A stretch of 64,000 nt of DNA from positions 224,001-288,000 of the forward strand of contig CAVYBH010000008.1 of the NCBI GenBank assembly GCA_963766715.1. Reading direction: 5' to 3'. Position 1 is the stretch's first letter. The number at the start of each line of letters is the position of its first letter. Position numbers and translations under genes: made by a program. This DNA is from an uncultured delta proteobacterium (GTDB taxonomy: Bacteria; Myxococcota; Myxococcia; Myxococcales; Anaeromyxobacteraceae). The notes beneath the pieces were generated by a model, which ran no database searches, was not told where the DNA came from, and saw only the letters and a program-made list of their open reading frames with translations. Shown in pieces: positions 45,556-56,261 of the stretch.

Positions 45556-47553
45556 ATGACCCAATCCTCTCATTCACCCGGCGACACGACCCCGTCGGGG
45601 AGCGAGGTCCCGGAAACGCCCGTCGCGCCGGGGGGACCGGGCTCGATCCTGCGCCGGCTGTTCGCCGGCGAGCGGCAACCTCATGGTGGTCGCTGGTGCT
45701 GCTCGCCATGGTCGCCCTGCCGGTGGTGGCGTCGATCTGGCGCCGCTTCACGGGCCAGTCGATCCCGAGCGCCACGGTGCTGGTGCAGCACCTCACCTTG
45801 TGGGTCGGCTTCCTCGGCGCCCTGCTGGCGACCCGATCGGGGAAGCACCTCCACCTCACCACGCTCGACCTCTTCCCGAACGGCCCCGCCCGCGAGGCCG
45901 TCCAGGTCTTCACCCGCTGGGTGTCGGCGGCGGTGACGGCGGTGCTCGCCTACGCGTCCGCGAAGCTCGTTCACGCGGAGAGCGAGAGCCGGCTGGTGAT
46001 CGGCGGCATCCCCTTCTGGTGGAGCATGTCGGTGATGCCGGTCTCGCTGGCGGCCATGTCGGTCGTCTTCGCCTGGCGCGCCAATCCGGGACGCCTCCGC
46101 TGGCTCATCCGGCTGGGCGGGCTCACCGTCGTCGCCCTCACCTTCCTGTGGAGCGAGGCCTCGCTGCCGGACCCGGGCTCGTGGCCGCTCGACGTCCTGG
46201 GCGCGCCCGGCCGGGCCTTCGCGGGCGTCTCGGCCCGCTTCGGGTCGCCTGCTCGGGCCGCTCGCCACCCCGGGGGCCATCGTCTGGACCTTCGGCATCG
46301 CGGTGGGCGTCGCCTTCCTGCTCGGCGCTCCGGTCTTCGTGGGCATGGCGGGCATCGCCATGGTCCTCTTCGTGAAGGACAGCACGCCCGTGGCGGCCGT
46401 CCCCACCCAGACCTTCACGCTGGTCTCCTCGCCGACGCTGGCGGCCATCCCGCTCCTCACGGTGGCCGGCTACGTCCTCGCCGAGGGCGGCGCCGCGCAG
46501 CGGCTGGTGCGCGCCTACCGCGGCCTCTTCGGCTGGATGCCGGGCGGGCTGGCGGTGATGTCGGTGGCGGTGGCGGCGCTCTTCACCACCTTCACCGGGG
46601 CCTCCGGCGTCACCATCCTCGCGCTGGGCGGGCTGCTGCTCCCCTCGCTGCTCGACGACGGCTACCCCGAGGGATTCTCGGTCGGGCTCGTCACGGCGGC
46701 CGGCTCCCTCGGCCTGCTCTTCCCCCCGTCCCTGCCGGTCATCCTGTACGGGGTGGTGGCCGGCACCGCCATCGAGGACCTCTTCATCGGCGGGCTCGTG
46801 CCCGGCATCCTCATGATCGTGCTGGTGGCCGCCTACGGCGTCTACATGGGGGTGAAGTTCAAGGCGCCTCGCCAGAAGTTCCAGCCCGCCGAGGCCCTGC
46901 GATCGCTCTGGGAGGCCAAGTGGGACCTGGGCCTCCCCACGCTGGTGGTGGTGGTCGTCGTCTCCGGGTTCGCCACCATCGTCGAGGCCTCGGCCATGGC
47001 GGCGGCCTACGCGCTCTTCGTGGAGCTGGTGATCTTCCGGGAGCTCTCGCCGTTCCAGCAGCTCCCCAAGGTGCTCCTCGACGCCGGGACGCTGGTGGGC
47101 AGCGTGCTCATCCTGCTCGGGGTGGCGCTCGGCCTGACCAGCTGGTTCGTCGACGCCGAGATCCCCACCCAGCTCGTGGAGTGGATGACCACCCACGTGA
47201 AGAGCCCGGCCCTCTTCCTGCTCATGCTGAACGTGGTGCTGCTCGTGCTCGGCAGCGTGCTCGAGATCTACTCGGCCATCGTGGTGGTGGCGCCGCTCGT
47301 CGCCCCGCTCGGCAAGGCCTACGGCATCGACCCGGTCCACCTGGGCGTGGTCTTCCTCGCCAACCTCGAGCTGGGCTTCCTCTTCCCGCCCATGGGGCTC
47401 AACCTCTTCCTCTCGGCCCAGCGCTTCGGCAAGCCGCTGCCCTTCGTCTACCGGAAGGCCTTCCCGTTCCTGGTGATCATGTCGGCCGGCGTGCTGCTCG
47501 TGACCTACCTCGAGCCGATGACCACGGGCGTGGTCCGGCTCTTCAAGGGGTAG
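45556..47553 (+). CDS. Fused TRAP permease DctQ-DctM (frameshifts near 45680 and 46250)
   Basis: DctQ-like QHLTLWVGFLGALLATRSGKHL; DctM LAAIPL, FTGASGVTILALGG, GSLGLLFPPSLP, GIDPVHLG, PPMGLNLF. Confidence 0.85.
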
Positions 47554-48259
47554 CGCCCCGGCGCGGGGCCGGCCAGCCCTCCCGCAGCGCGAAGATCGCG
47601 AAGGTGACGGCCCAGGCTCCCACCACGTCGATCGAGTAGTGGATGTGGGCGAGCATCACCGTCGCGGTCACCGCCAGGCTCGCCGCGAGCGCCACGGGCG
47701 CGAGCCGCGACCTCCCACGCAGGTAGAGCCAGAGCAGGAACGTGGTCGCCACGTGGCCGGAGAAGAAGAGGTCCTTGGTGAGGTAGGCGGCGATGGCGCC
47801 GCGGTCGAAGACGCCCACCGGCGAGAGGAGCTCGGCGAAGGCCGCGCCGAAGCCGCGCGCGCCGATGCCCGGCCCCGCGTGGGCCGGGTCGGGGACGCCG
47901 AGCCCGGTGAGCGCGATGGTGACGCCCCGCGCGAGCGAGACGAGCCCCCCGGTCACCATGTAGCGCACCCAGCGGCGTGGCTCGCTCCAGAGGAGCGCGG
48001 CCGCGAGCGGGACGTACACCCCGAGCCAGATCCAGTAGTTGGCCCGGTCGACCCAGGGCAGGTAGGGCAGGCGGGAGAGGAGCGCGTCCGGGAGCGTGGG
48101 CGCCGGCCGCAGCTCGGCCTGGAGCGCGAGCGCCGTCATCGCGGCGTAGGCGGCGTAGCGAAAGGCCAGCGCGCCGCCGATGGCCGGCCAGATCCGGAGG
48201 ATGGCGCGAAGCCCGCCGGACCCGCCCCGAGGCGCGGCGTCCTCCGGGCCCCGGTTCAC
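47543..48259 (-). CDS. Sphingomyelin/IPC synthase-like PAP2_C membrane phosphotransferase
   Basis: LPD N-terminal motif; DLFFSGHVAT and HIHYSIDV; about six hydrophobic segments. Confidence 0.75.
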   Translation of the reverse strand: MNRGPEDAAPRGGSGGLRAILRIWPAIGGALAFRYAAYAAMTALALQAELRPAPTLPDALLSRLPYLPWVDRANYWIWLGVYVPLAAALLWSEPRRWVRYMVTGGLVSLARGVTIALTGLGVPDPAHAGPGIGARGFGAAFAELLSPVGVFDRGAIAAYLTKDLFFSGHVATTFLLWLYLRGRSRLAPVALAASLAVTATVMLAHIHYSIDVVGAWAVTFAIFALREGWPAPRRGATP

Positions 48260-49596
48260 GGGAAGCGGCCTGCCGCGGAGAGCAGGTCGAGGTTCGCCTG
48301 CCTCACGGCGTCCTCGGCGATGACGGCCGTGGTGGCGGCGTCGCGGGCGCGGCGCTCGGCGTCGATGACGTCGAGGTTGCTCGTGGCGCCGGCCCGGTAG
48401 GCCAGGTTCGCCAGCTCGAGCGTCGCCGTCGCGCTGTCGGCTCCGCGGCGGGCGGCGTCGTAGCCCGCGTAGGAGTAGCGCATCGCCTCGAACGAGACGC
48501 GCACGTCGGAACGGGCCTGGCGGATCACGCCCTCGAGCGCCGCCTCGGCCTCGCTGGCCAGGGCGCGCCGCTCCTTCACCTGCGCGGGGCGCAAGCCCGC
48601 CCTCGAAGAGCGGGAAGGCCAGCACGAACTGGGCGACCCAGCCGCTCGCCGGCGAGAGCGCCGTCGAGGGATCCTGCAGGTATCCCTGGAACGAGCCGGC
48701 CAGCACCGGCATCCAGTCGCTCCAGCTGTCCTTCCAGATCGCCGTGGCCAGGTCCTTCCGGCCGGCTGGCCGCCTGCACGTCCTGCCGGCCCGACACCGC
48801 CTCCTCCGAGGCGTCGAGGTCGGGGTAGAACTTCACCGCGGGCACGTTGGTGGCGTCGAGCGGCCCGCTGGCGCCGCAGATCACGCCGAGCGCCTCCCGG
48901 CCGCGTGCGAGCAGGCGCGTAGGTCGCCTGCAGCTGCACCTCGGCGGCCCAGCGCTCCTGCTCGGCCCGCTTCACGTCGAGCTCGTTGCCGACCCCGCCC
49001 TTCCGGCGGGCCACCGCGTACTCCTCGTGCTCCCGGCCCACCTTCACGGCGCTCTGGCTCACGTCCACGGCGCGGCGGGCGGCGATCACGCCCAGGTAGG
49101 CCCGCGCCGCGGTGATGGCCACGGTGCGCCGCACGTCGGCGTCGGACAGCGTGGCCACGTCGATGCCCTGGACCCCGTGCGCCCACCCGTACCACCGGGA
49201 GACCGCGACGAGCGGGGCGCCCACCGTCGCCGTTCCCTGCACCGCCTGCCCCGGCTGGACCACCCGGCCCCCCAGGATGCGGTCGTGATCGAGGATCGTG
49301 TAGGTCCCGCCGAGGGTCGACGAAGGGGAGCGCGGCGGCGCGTGCCTGCCCCATGAGCCCCTCGGCCCGGACGATCTCCTGGGCCGCGATGAGCGCGTTC
49401 GTGTTGTAGGCGAGCGCCCGCTTCACGGCGTCCTCGAAGGTGATCGGCTCCGGCGCGGCGATGCGCGCCTGGAGGACCACGTCCGGGGCCGGCGTCAGCG
49501 CCGGGGGAAGGGTCGAGGTGGGGCCCGCGGGCGACTGCGCGCCGGCGGGGAGGGCCGCCAGGAGCGGCGAGGACGACGAGGACGGTGCGTTCTCAT
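48256..49596 (-). CDS. TolC-family outer membrane efflux protein (several frameshifts)
   Basis: ITFEDAVKRAL, PLFEGG, YRAGATSNLDVIDAER; downstream of the RND permease. Confidence 0.85.
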
Positions 49597-52500
49597 GTGG
49601 CTGCCTCCACGCTGCCCTCCTCCTCCGGCTCGTCGCTGCCCGGTGCCGGGGGCTCGAAGCGGGCGAGGAGCGTGTAGAGGGCAGGGATGAGGAAGAGGGT
49701 GAAGAAGGTGGAGACGGTCAGGCCGCCGATGACGGCCCGGGCGAGCGGCATGTTGGTCTCGCTGCCCTCGCCGATGCCGAGCGCCATGGGCATGAGGCCG
49801 GCGATGGTGGCGATGGTGGTCATGAGGATCGGGCGCAGCCGGGTCTTCCCGGCCTGGACGGTGGCCTCCAGGATCGGGCGCCCGCGCTCGCGCAGCACCC
49901 GCGCGAAGTCGACGAGCAGCACGCCGTTCGAGACCACGATGCCCACCATCATGATGATGCCCATGAAGCTGTTCACGTTGAGCGTCGTCCCGGTCATCCA
50001 GAGCGCCAGGAAGACGCCGCTCACGCCCAGGGGGACCGAGAACATGATGACGAGCGGGTCGAGGAGCGATTTGAACTGCGAGGCGAGGATCATGTAGACG
50101 AGCGCCAGCGCCATGAGCGCCGCGAAGCGCAGGCTGGCGAAGGCCTCGCGCTGCGCCTGGGTCTGGCCGGAGAGCTGGACGGTGAAGCCCTCGGGCGGCG
50201 GGATCTCGTCGATCACCTTCTCCGCCGCGGCGCTGGCCGTGCCCAGGTCGACGCCGGGCGTGGTGTTGGCGGTGATGTCCACGATGCGCTGGAGGTACTT
50301 CCGGTTCACCTGCACCGGGCCGGCGGAGCGCTTCACCTGCGCGACGTTGGCGAGCGGGAGCACGGAGCCGTCGCCGGCGCGGACCAGCACCTCGGCGAGG
50401 TCGGAGACCTCGTTGCGCCCCTCGTCCCCGAGCCGGACGTTGATGAAGTACTGGTTGCCCGACTTGGGATCGGTGAACGGCACCGGCGCGAACTGGGTGT
50501 TGCCGACCAGGCTGGTGAGCACGGTCTGCGCCACCTGCTGCTCGGACACGCCCAGCATGCCGGCCTTCTCCCGGTCCACCACCACGTCGAGCTCGGGGTA
50601 GTTCTCCTCCCGCGAGATCTGGAGGTCGGTGAGCATGGGCCGGCCGTCCGGGGCGGAGAGCGCCCGGAGGCGGGGCAGGAGCCGCTTCGCGTAGTCGCTC
50701 CCGGCGTCCAGGTCGTAGCCCACCACCTCGATGTCGATGGGGGCGGCGGCGCCGAAGTTGAGGATGCGCTTCACGATGCCGCCCACGAAGAAGTACGACT
50801 GCACGCCGGGGATGGCGTCCCGCAGCCCGGCGCGCACCTTGTCGGCGGCCTCCTCGTCGGTGACGGGCCGCTGGGTGTGGGGGACGAGGTAGGCCTGCAC
50901 CGTCCCGGTGTGGGGACCGGTGTTGGAGGTGAAGAGCGCGGTGCGCCCCTGGGGCAGGCCGACCGTGGAGATCACCGTGGTGGCCACCGGGCCGCCGTCC
51001 GCCGCCTTCACCGGCGCCAGCGTGTCGCGGATCGTCTGCTCGATCCGCTTGGTGACGTCCTCCGAGCGCTCCACCCGGGTCCCGACCGGCGCCTTGAAGA
51101 TGACCTGGAACTGGCTCTCGTCGGTGGGCGGGAAGAACTCGGTTCCCACGTAGCGGACGAGCCCCATCGACGCGACGAAGAAGACCAGGATCCCCACGAT
51201 CACCATGCCGCGGTGGCCGAGCACCCAGAGCAGCGACCCGCGCGTAGCCCTCGTCGATCCGGTTCAGCTGCCGGGTGATCCGGCGCGCGAACCCCTCGGC
51301 GCCCATCTTGTGGCCGCGCCGGTCCAGGTACTGCAGGCAGAGGATGGGGGTGACGGTCCGGGAGACGAAGAAGCTCATCATCAAGGCGAAGGCGATGGTG
51401 AGCGCCAGCGGGATGAAGAGGTTGCGGGCCACGCCGGTGAGGAAGACCACCGGGAAGAAGACCACGATGGTGGTGATGGTGGAGACGAAGATGGGCATGG
51501 CCACCTCCTGGGCGGCGGCCAGCACGGCGCTGCGGCGGTCGCCCCCCATCTCCAGGTGCCGGTGGATGTTCTCCAGCTCCACGATCGAGTCGTCGACGAG
51601 CCGCCCCACGCCCAGCGCCAGTCCGCCCAGCGTGAACACGTTGAGGGTCTGGCCGGAGAAGTAGAGCAGGACGAAGGTGGCGACGATGGAGAGCGGGATG
51701 GCCACGGCGATGATGCCGGTGGCCGACCAGCTGGCCAGGAAGAGCAGGATGACCAGGATGGCGAGCCCGCTTCCCCAGGCCGCCTCGTGCTCCAGCGAGG
51801 AGATGGCCGCCCGGATGTAGGCCGACTGGTCGAAGGAGACCGTCAGCTGGACGTTGGGCGGGACCCCGCGAAGCCCGGGCAGGGCCTTGCGGAGCTGGTC
51901 CACCACGTCGACGGTGTTCGCGCCCGGCTGCTTCAGCACGCGGAAGTAGACGCCGCGCGCCCCGTTCACGCGGGCGATCTCGGTCTGGTCGGCGGTGCCG
52001 TCGACCAGCTGGGCCACGTCGGCGATGCGGACCGGCGCGCCGCGGTCGTTCCCGGCCCCCTTGGCCGCCGGGCGCACCACCACGTCGCCGAGCGGCCGGG
52101 CGGCGCCGATCTGGGTGTTGGAGAAGACGTTGTAGTCGCGGTCGCCGGCGCGCAGGTTCCCGCTGGGGAGCAGGAGGTTGGAGGCCCGCACGGTGTTCAC
52201 CACGTCGAGCACGGTGAGGCCGCGTGAGCGCAGCGAGTCGTTCGCCACCAGGACCTGGATCTCGCGGACCTTGCCGCCGCCGAGGGGGGCGCTGGCCACG
52301 CCCTTGATCCGCTCGAGCTGGGGCTCGACCACGTTGTACCCGAGGTCGTAGAGCTCCTTCTCGTCGAGCCCCTCGGCGCTCATGGAGACGAAGGCCACCG
52401 GGATGTTGGAGACGTCGAACTTGACGATGAAGGGCTGGTCGATGCCCGGCGGCAGGGTGTTCAGGATCTGCGCCACCCGCTGCTGCACCTCGAACTGCGC

Positions 52501-52809
52501 GTTGTCGAGGTTCACGCCGTACTGGAACCACACCGTGACCGCAGAGAAGCCCTGCTTGGAGACGCTCTCCACCCGGTCCACGCCCGGCGCGGCGGAGACG
52601 GCCCGCTCGATGGGCACGGTGATCGACTTCTCGACGTCGATGGGGCCGGCCCCCGTGTAGAAGGTGGCCACCCGGATCTGGGGGATGTCGATGTTGGGGA
52701 AGAGGTCGACCGGGAGCCGCGTGAGGGACACCCACCCGAGGGCGAGCGTCATGAGCGACATCATCAGGATGAAGATGGGGTTGCGGAGGGCGAGCCGGGT
52801 CAGCCACAT
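49593..52809 (-). CDS. RND efflux permease, AcrB/MdtB family (frameshift near 51240)
   Basis: LPVDLFP, GRLVDDSIVELENI, GIVVSNGVLLVDF, RLRPILMTT. Confidence 0.93.
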
Positions 52810-52827
52810 GACGTCTCGGTCCCTTCC

Positions 52828-53919
52828 CTACTTCGCCGCGGAGACGGGGGCGGTGGGCTTGCCCGAGTACGGGTCGACGCCCCGCACCGGCCGGATCGCG
52901 CTCCCGTCGGCGAGGGTGTCGGTGCCGGCGGTGACGATCTCGTCGCCGGCCTTGAGCCCGTCGAGGACCTCGTACCAGTTGCCGCCGTCGACGCCGATCC
53001 GGAGCTCGACCCGCTTCGCCTTCTCCCCCTGCACCAGGTAGGCGTAGTAGCGGCCGTCGGAGATCTGCACGGCGCCGGCGGGGACGACGACCGCGCCCAG
53101 GTGGCTGGCGGTCACGAGCGTCCCGCGCCCGTACATCCCGGGGGAGAGCTCCCCCGGGTTCACCAGGTGCACCTCGGCGTCCACGGTCCGGGAGACCGGG
53201 TCGAAGGCCGGGGACATGCGGACCACCTTGCCCACGTACCGCTTGCCGGGCAGGGCGTCGAACTCGGCGCTGGCGGCCTGGCCGAGCTTCACCCGGGGCG
53301 CGTCCTTCTCGTTGACCGGCACGAAGACCCGCAGCACGTCGTTCTTCTGGACGGTGAGGATCGTCCCGGTGCCGGCGTTGGGTCCCACCAGCACGCCCGG
53401 ATCGAGCCGGCGCTGGGAGACCACGCCGTCGATGGGCGACTCGATGCGGGTCTCGCCGAGCCGGGTGGTCACGGCCTGGAGGTCGGCCTCCGCCTTCGCG
53501 TAGGCGCTCTGGGCGCTCTGCAGCTCCTGCTGCGACACCACCCCGGCCGGCGCCAGCGACTCGGCGCGGGCCTTGTTCACCTTGGCGAGATCGAAGGCGA
53601 CCCGGGCCGCCTCCATCTGGCTGGGCAGGTCGGAGGGGCGGACCACGGCCAGCAGCTGGCCCTTGCGGACGCGGTCGCCCCGGTCGACCAGGACGGCGTC
53701 GAGGTAGCCGAGCGTCTTCGCGCCCACGTCGGCCTGGAAGAGGGGGCGGAGGTCGACCGGCGCGCGGATCTCGACGGGCACGTCGCGGACCTCGACGGGG
53801 GCGACCGTGACGGCGGGGGGTGGGCGCTGGCGGGCGGCGGGGGCTCCGCCCTTGCAAGCGCCGACGGAGAGCAGGAGCGCGACGGACAGCCAGCGTCCCG
53901 CCCGGGAGGAGGAGGGCAT
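52828..53919 (-). CDS. RND efflux membrane fusion protein (lipoprotein)
   Basis: Lipobox VGAC; VDRGDRVRKGQLL; IESPIDGVV; LSPGMY; GLKAGDEIV. Confidence 0.92.
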   Translation of the reverse strand: MPSSSRAGRWLSVALLLSVGACKGGAPAARQRPPPAVTVAPVEVRDVPVEIRAPVDLRPLFQADVGAKTLGYLDAVLVDRGDRVRKGQLLAVVRPSDLPSQMEAARVAFDLAKVNKARAESLAPAGVVSQQELQSAQSAYAKAEADLQAVTTRLGETRIESPIDGVVSQRRLDPGVLVGPNAGTGTILTVQKNDVLRVFVPVNEKDAPRVKLGQAASAEFDALPGKRYVGKVVRMSPAFDPVSRTVDAEVHLVNPGELSPGMYGRGTLVTASHLGAVVVPAGAVQISDGRYYAYLVQGEKAKRVELRIGVDGGNWYEVLDGLKAGDEIVTAGTDTLADGSAIRPVRGVDPYSGKPTAPVSAAK

Positions 53920-53981
53920 CGGGGAGGAATAGCCGCACCCCCCCGGAAAGACAAGCGCCGGCCCGGCCCCGCAACGCTTCT

Positions 53982-54836
53982 TCACGGAGACGGAGGAGGC
54001 GCCTCCGGACCCGCTCCCCACAGCTCCCGGACCAGCTTCGGGCGCACGCCTGCGGCTGCCAGGAGCGCGTCGAGCCGCGCGCGCGCCGGTCGCGACTCCC
54101 CGTGAATCCTGCGCCCCAGGATGAGCTCGTTCTTGAGCGAGTGCTCCCACCCCGCCAGCTCGGTCACCGTCACCTGGTAGCCGAGCGCCTCGAGCGCGAT
54201 CGCGCGGATCACGTTCGTGAGGTGCGAGCCCAGCTCCCGGCGATGCCAGGGGTGGCGGTGCATCTCGGCCAGCGCCGGGTCGGCGCCCTGGCGGTCGGCG
54301 AGCTGTCGCGCCACCTCGGCCTGGCAGCAGGGAACCACCGCGACGTGATCGGCGCCGTGCCGGGCGGCGAGCACCAGCGCGTCGTCGGTGGCGGTGTCGC
54401 AGGCGTGCAGCGCGGTGACGAGATGCACGCGCTCCGGGACGGGCGCGGCGGCCACGTCGGCGGCCAGGAAGCGCATCCGATCGTAGCCCAGCCGCGCCGC
54501 CCGCTCGGTCGCCGCCCGGGCCAGCTCCGGCCGGGACTCGATGCCGACGAGGGTCCCCTTCCCCGCCGGCCCCACGAAGAGCTCGTAGAGGATGAAGCCC
54601 AGGTAGCCCTTGCCGGAGCCGCAGTCCACGATCACCGGGTCGCCGAAGCGGGAGAGCACGTCCTCGAGGGCCGGGGCGAGCAGGCGGACGAGGTGATTCA
54701 CCTGCTTCAGCTTGCGGAGGCTGTCGGCGTTCAGGTCGCCGTCGCGGGTGAGGAGGTGCAGCTCCTGGAGCAGCGCCCTCGACTCCCCGGGGAGCAGCTC
54801 CTTGCCGACCTCCTCGCGATTCACCTTGCGGCGCAT
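53982..54836 (-). CDS. SAM-dependent methyltransferase (Methyltransf_32 family)
   Basis: RKLKQVNH, VDCGSGKGYL, ALHACDTATD, VPCC, HSLKN. Confidence 0.85.
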   Translation of the reverse strand: MRRKVNREEVGKELLPGESRALLQELHLLTRDGDLNADSLRKLKQVNHLVRLLAPALEDVLSRFGDPVIVDCGSGKGYLGFILYELFVGPAGKGTLVGIESRPELARAATERAARLGYDRMRFLAADVAAAPVPERVHLVTALHACDTATDDALVLAARHGADHVAVVPCCQAEVARQLADRQGADPALAEMHRHPWHRRELGSHLTNVIRAIALEALGYQVTVTELAGWEHSLKNELILGRRIHGESRPARARLDALLAAAGVRPKLVRELWGAGPEAPPPSP

Positions 54837-54846
54837 GGACGGCATC

Positions 54847-55525
54847 CTATCCCCGGCGCCGGGCCAGCGCGCGGCGCGCCGCCCGCCCGAGCAGGAGGAC
54901 CCCGGCCACCGTGGCGGCGAGGCCGGCCCATTGCAGCGCCTGGGCGCCGGGCGCGGCGGCCGCGCGGGCGCCGATCCCCTCCAGGCTGCCGAAGGTCGAG
55001 CCGGCCCACACCCAGGCGAACGTGAGCGGCCCCATGCCCACGAGCGAGCCCAGCGCGAACGCGCCGAGGGGGACCCGCGTGCCCGACAGGCCGTAGTTCA
55101 CGACGTTCTGGGGCGCGAGCGGGGAGAGGCGCAAGAGGACCACGAGCGTCGCTCCCTGCTCGGCCACGGCGTGATCGAGGGCGGCCCACCGGGGGTCGCG
55201 GGCCACGAGCCGCTCCACCAGGCCGCGCAGGAAGGTCCGCCCGGCCAGGAAGGCCAGCGTGGAGCCGGCCGCGCTGCCCGGCAGGGCGACGGCGAAGCCC
55301 GGCGCCGTCCCCCAGGCGATTCCCGCCGCGACCGTGGAGCGGCCAGACCGGCAGGGCCAGGACCGAGCCCGCGGCGTAGGCCAGCCCGAAGGCGGCGACG
55401 CCCGCCGGCCCCGCGTTCCGCGCCCAGGTCGAGAAGCCGCCCAGCCAGGCCCGCCAGGGGGCGACGAGGAGGATCGCCACCGCGGCGGCGAGGAGGACCC
55501 CGGAGAGGATGACGCGACGGCGCAT
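54847..55525 (-). CDS. TVP38/TMEM64 (DedA/VTT) family membrane protein (frameshift near 55340)
   Basis: AFLAGR, LLRLSPLAP..VVNY, GSLVGMGP. Confidence 0.85.
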
Positions 55526-55559
55526 GGCGAGGGGCGGAGGATAGCGCTAGGGTGCGGGC

Positions 55560-56231
55560 ATGGCCACGGTCCGCGCTGTGGTGTTCGACGCCTACGGAAC
55601 GCTCCTCGACTTCGCCTCCGCAGCCGAGCGGGCCGGCGACGCGCTCGGGGAGCGCTGGCGCACGCTCGCCGACCTCTGGCGCCGCAAGCAGCTCGAGTAC
55701 ACCTGGCTGCGCAGCCTGATGCGCCGCCACGTCGACTTCTGGCAGGTGACCGGCGAGTCGCTCGACTTCGCGCTCCAGTCCCTGGGGATCCACGACCCCC
55801 CGCTCCGCAAGCGGCTCATGGACCTCTACCTGCAGCTCGACGCCTACGCGGACGCGCGCGAGGCGCTCGTCGCCCTGCGGGCGCAGGGGCTCCGGCTGGC
55901 GGTGCTCTCCAACGGGTCGACCGGCATGCTCGACGCCGGCATCCGCCACTCCCGCCTCGACGAGCTGCTCGACGTGGTCATGTCGGTGGAGGAGGTGGGG
56001 GTCTACAAGCCTTCACCCGAGGTGTATGCGATGGCGGCCCGCCAGCTCGACCTGCTCCCGGGCGAGATTGGCTTCGTCTCGGCGAACGGCTGGGACGCCC
56101 ACGGCGCCAGCGCCTTCGGCTTCCGGGTGGCCTGGTGCAACCGCTCCGGCCAGCCTCCCGAGCGCCTCCCGGGCGCCCCGGAGGTCGAGGTGCGGACGCT
56201 CGCCGACCTGCCGGCCTTCTTCGCCCGCTGA
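55560..56231 (+). CDS. (S)-2-haloacid dehalogenase, type II
   Basis: FDAYGTL, WRRKQLEYTW, LSNG, YKP, FVSANGWD. Confidence 0.92.
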   Translation: MATVRAVVFDAYGTLLDFASAAERAGDALGERWRTLADLWRRKQLEYTWLRSLMRRHVDFWQVTGESLDFALQSLGIHDPPLRKRLMDLYLQLDAYADAREALVALRAQGLRLAVLSNGSTGMLDAGIRHSRLDELLDVVMSVEEVGVYKPSPEVYAMAARQLDLLPGEIGFVSANGWDAHGASAFGFRVAWCNRSGQPPERLPGAPEVEVRTLADLPAFFAR

Positions 56232-56261
56232 CCGGCGCAGGCGGCGAGGCCGGTCCGTGCG

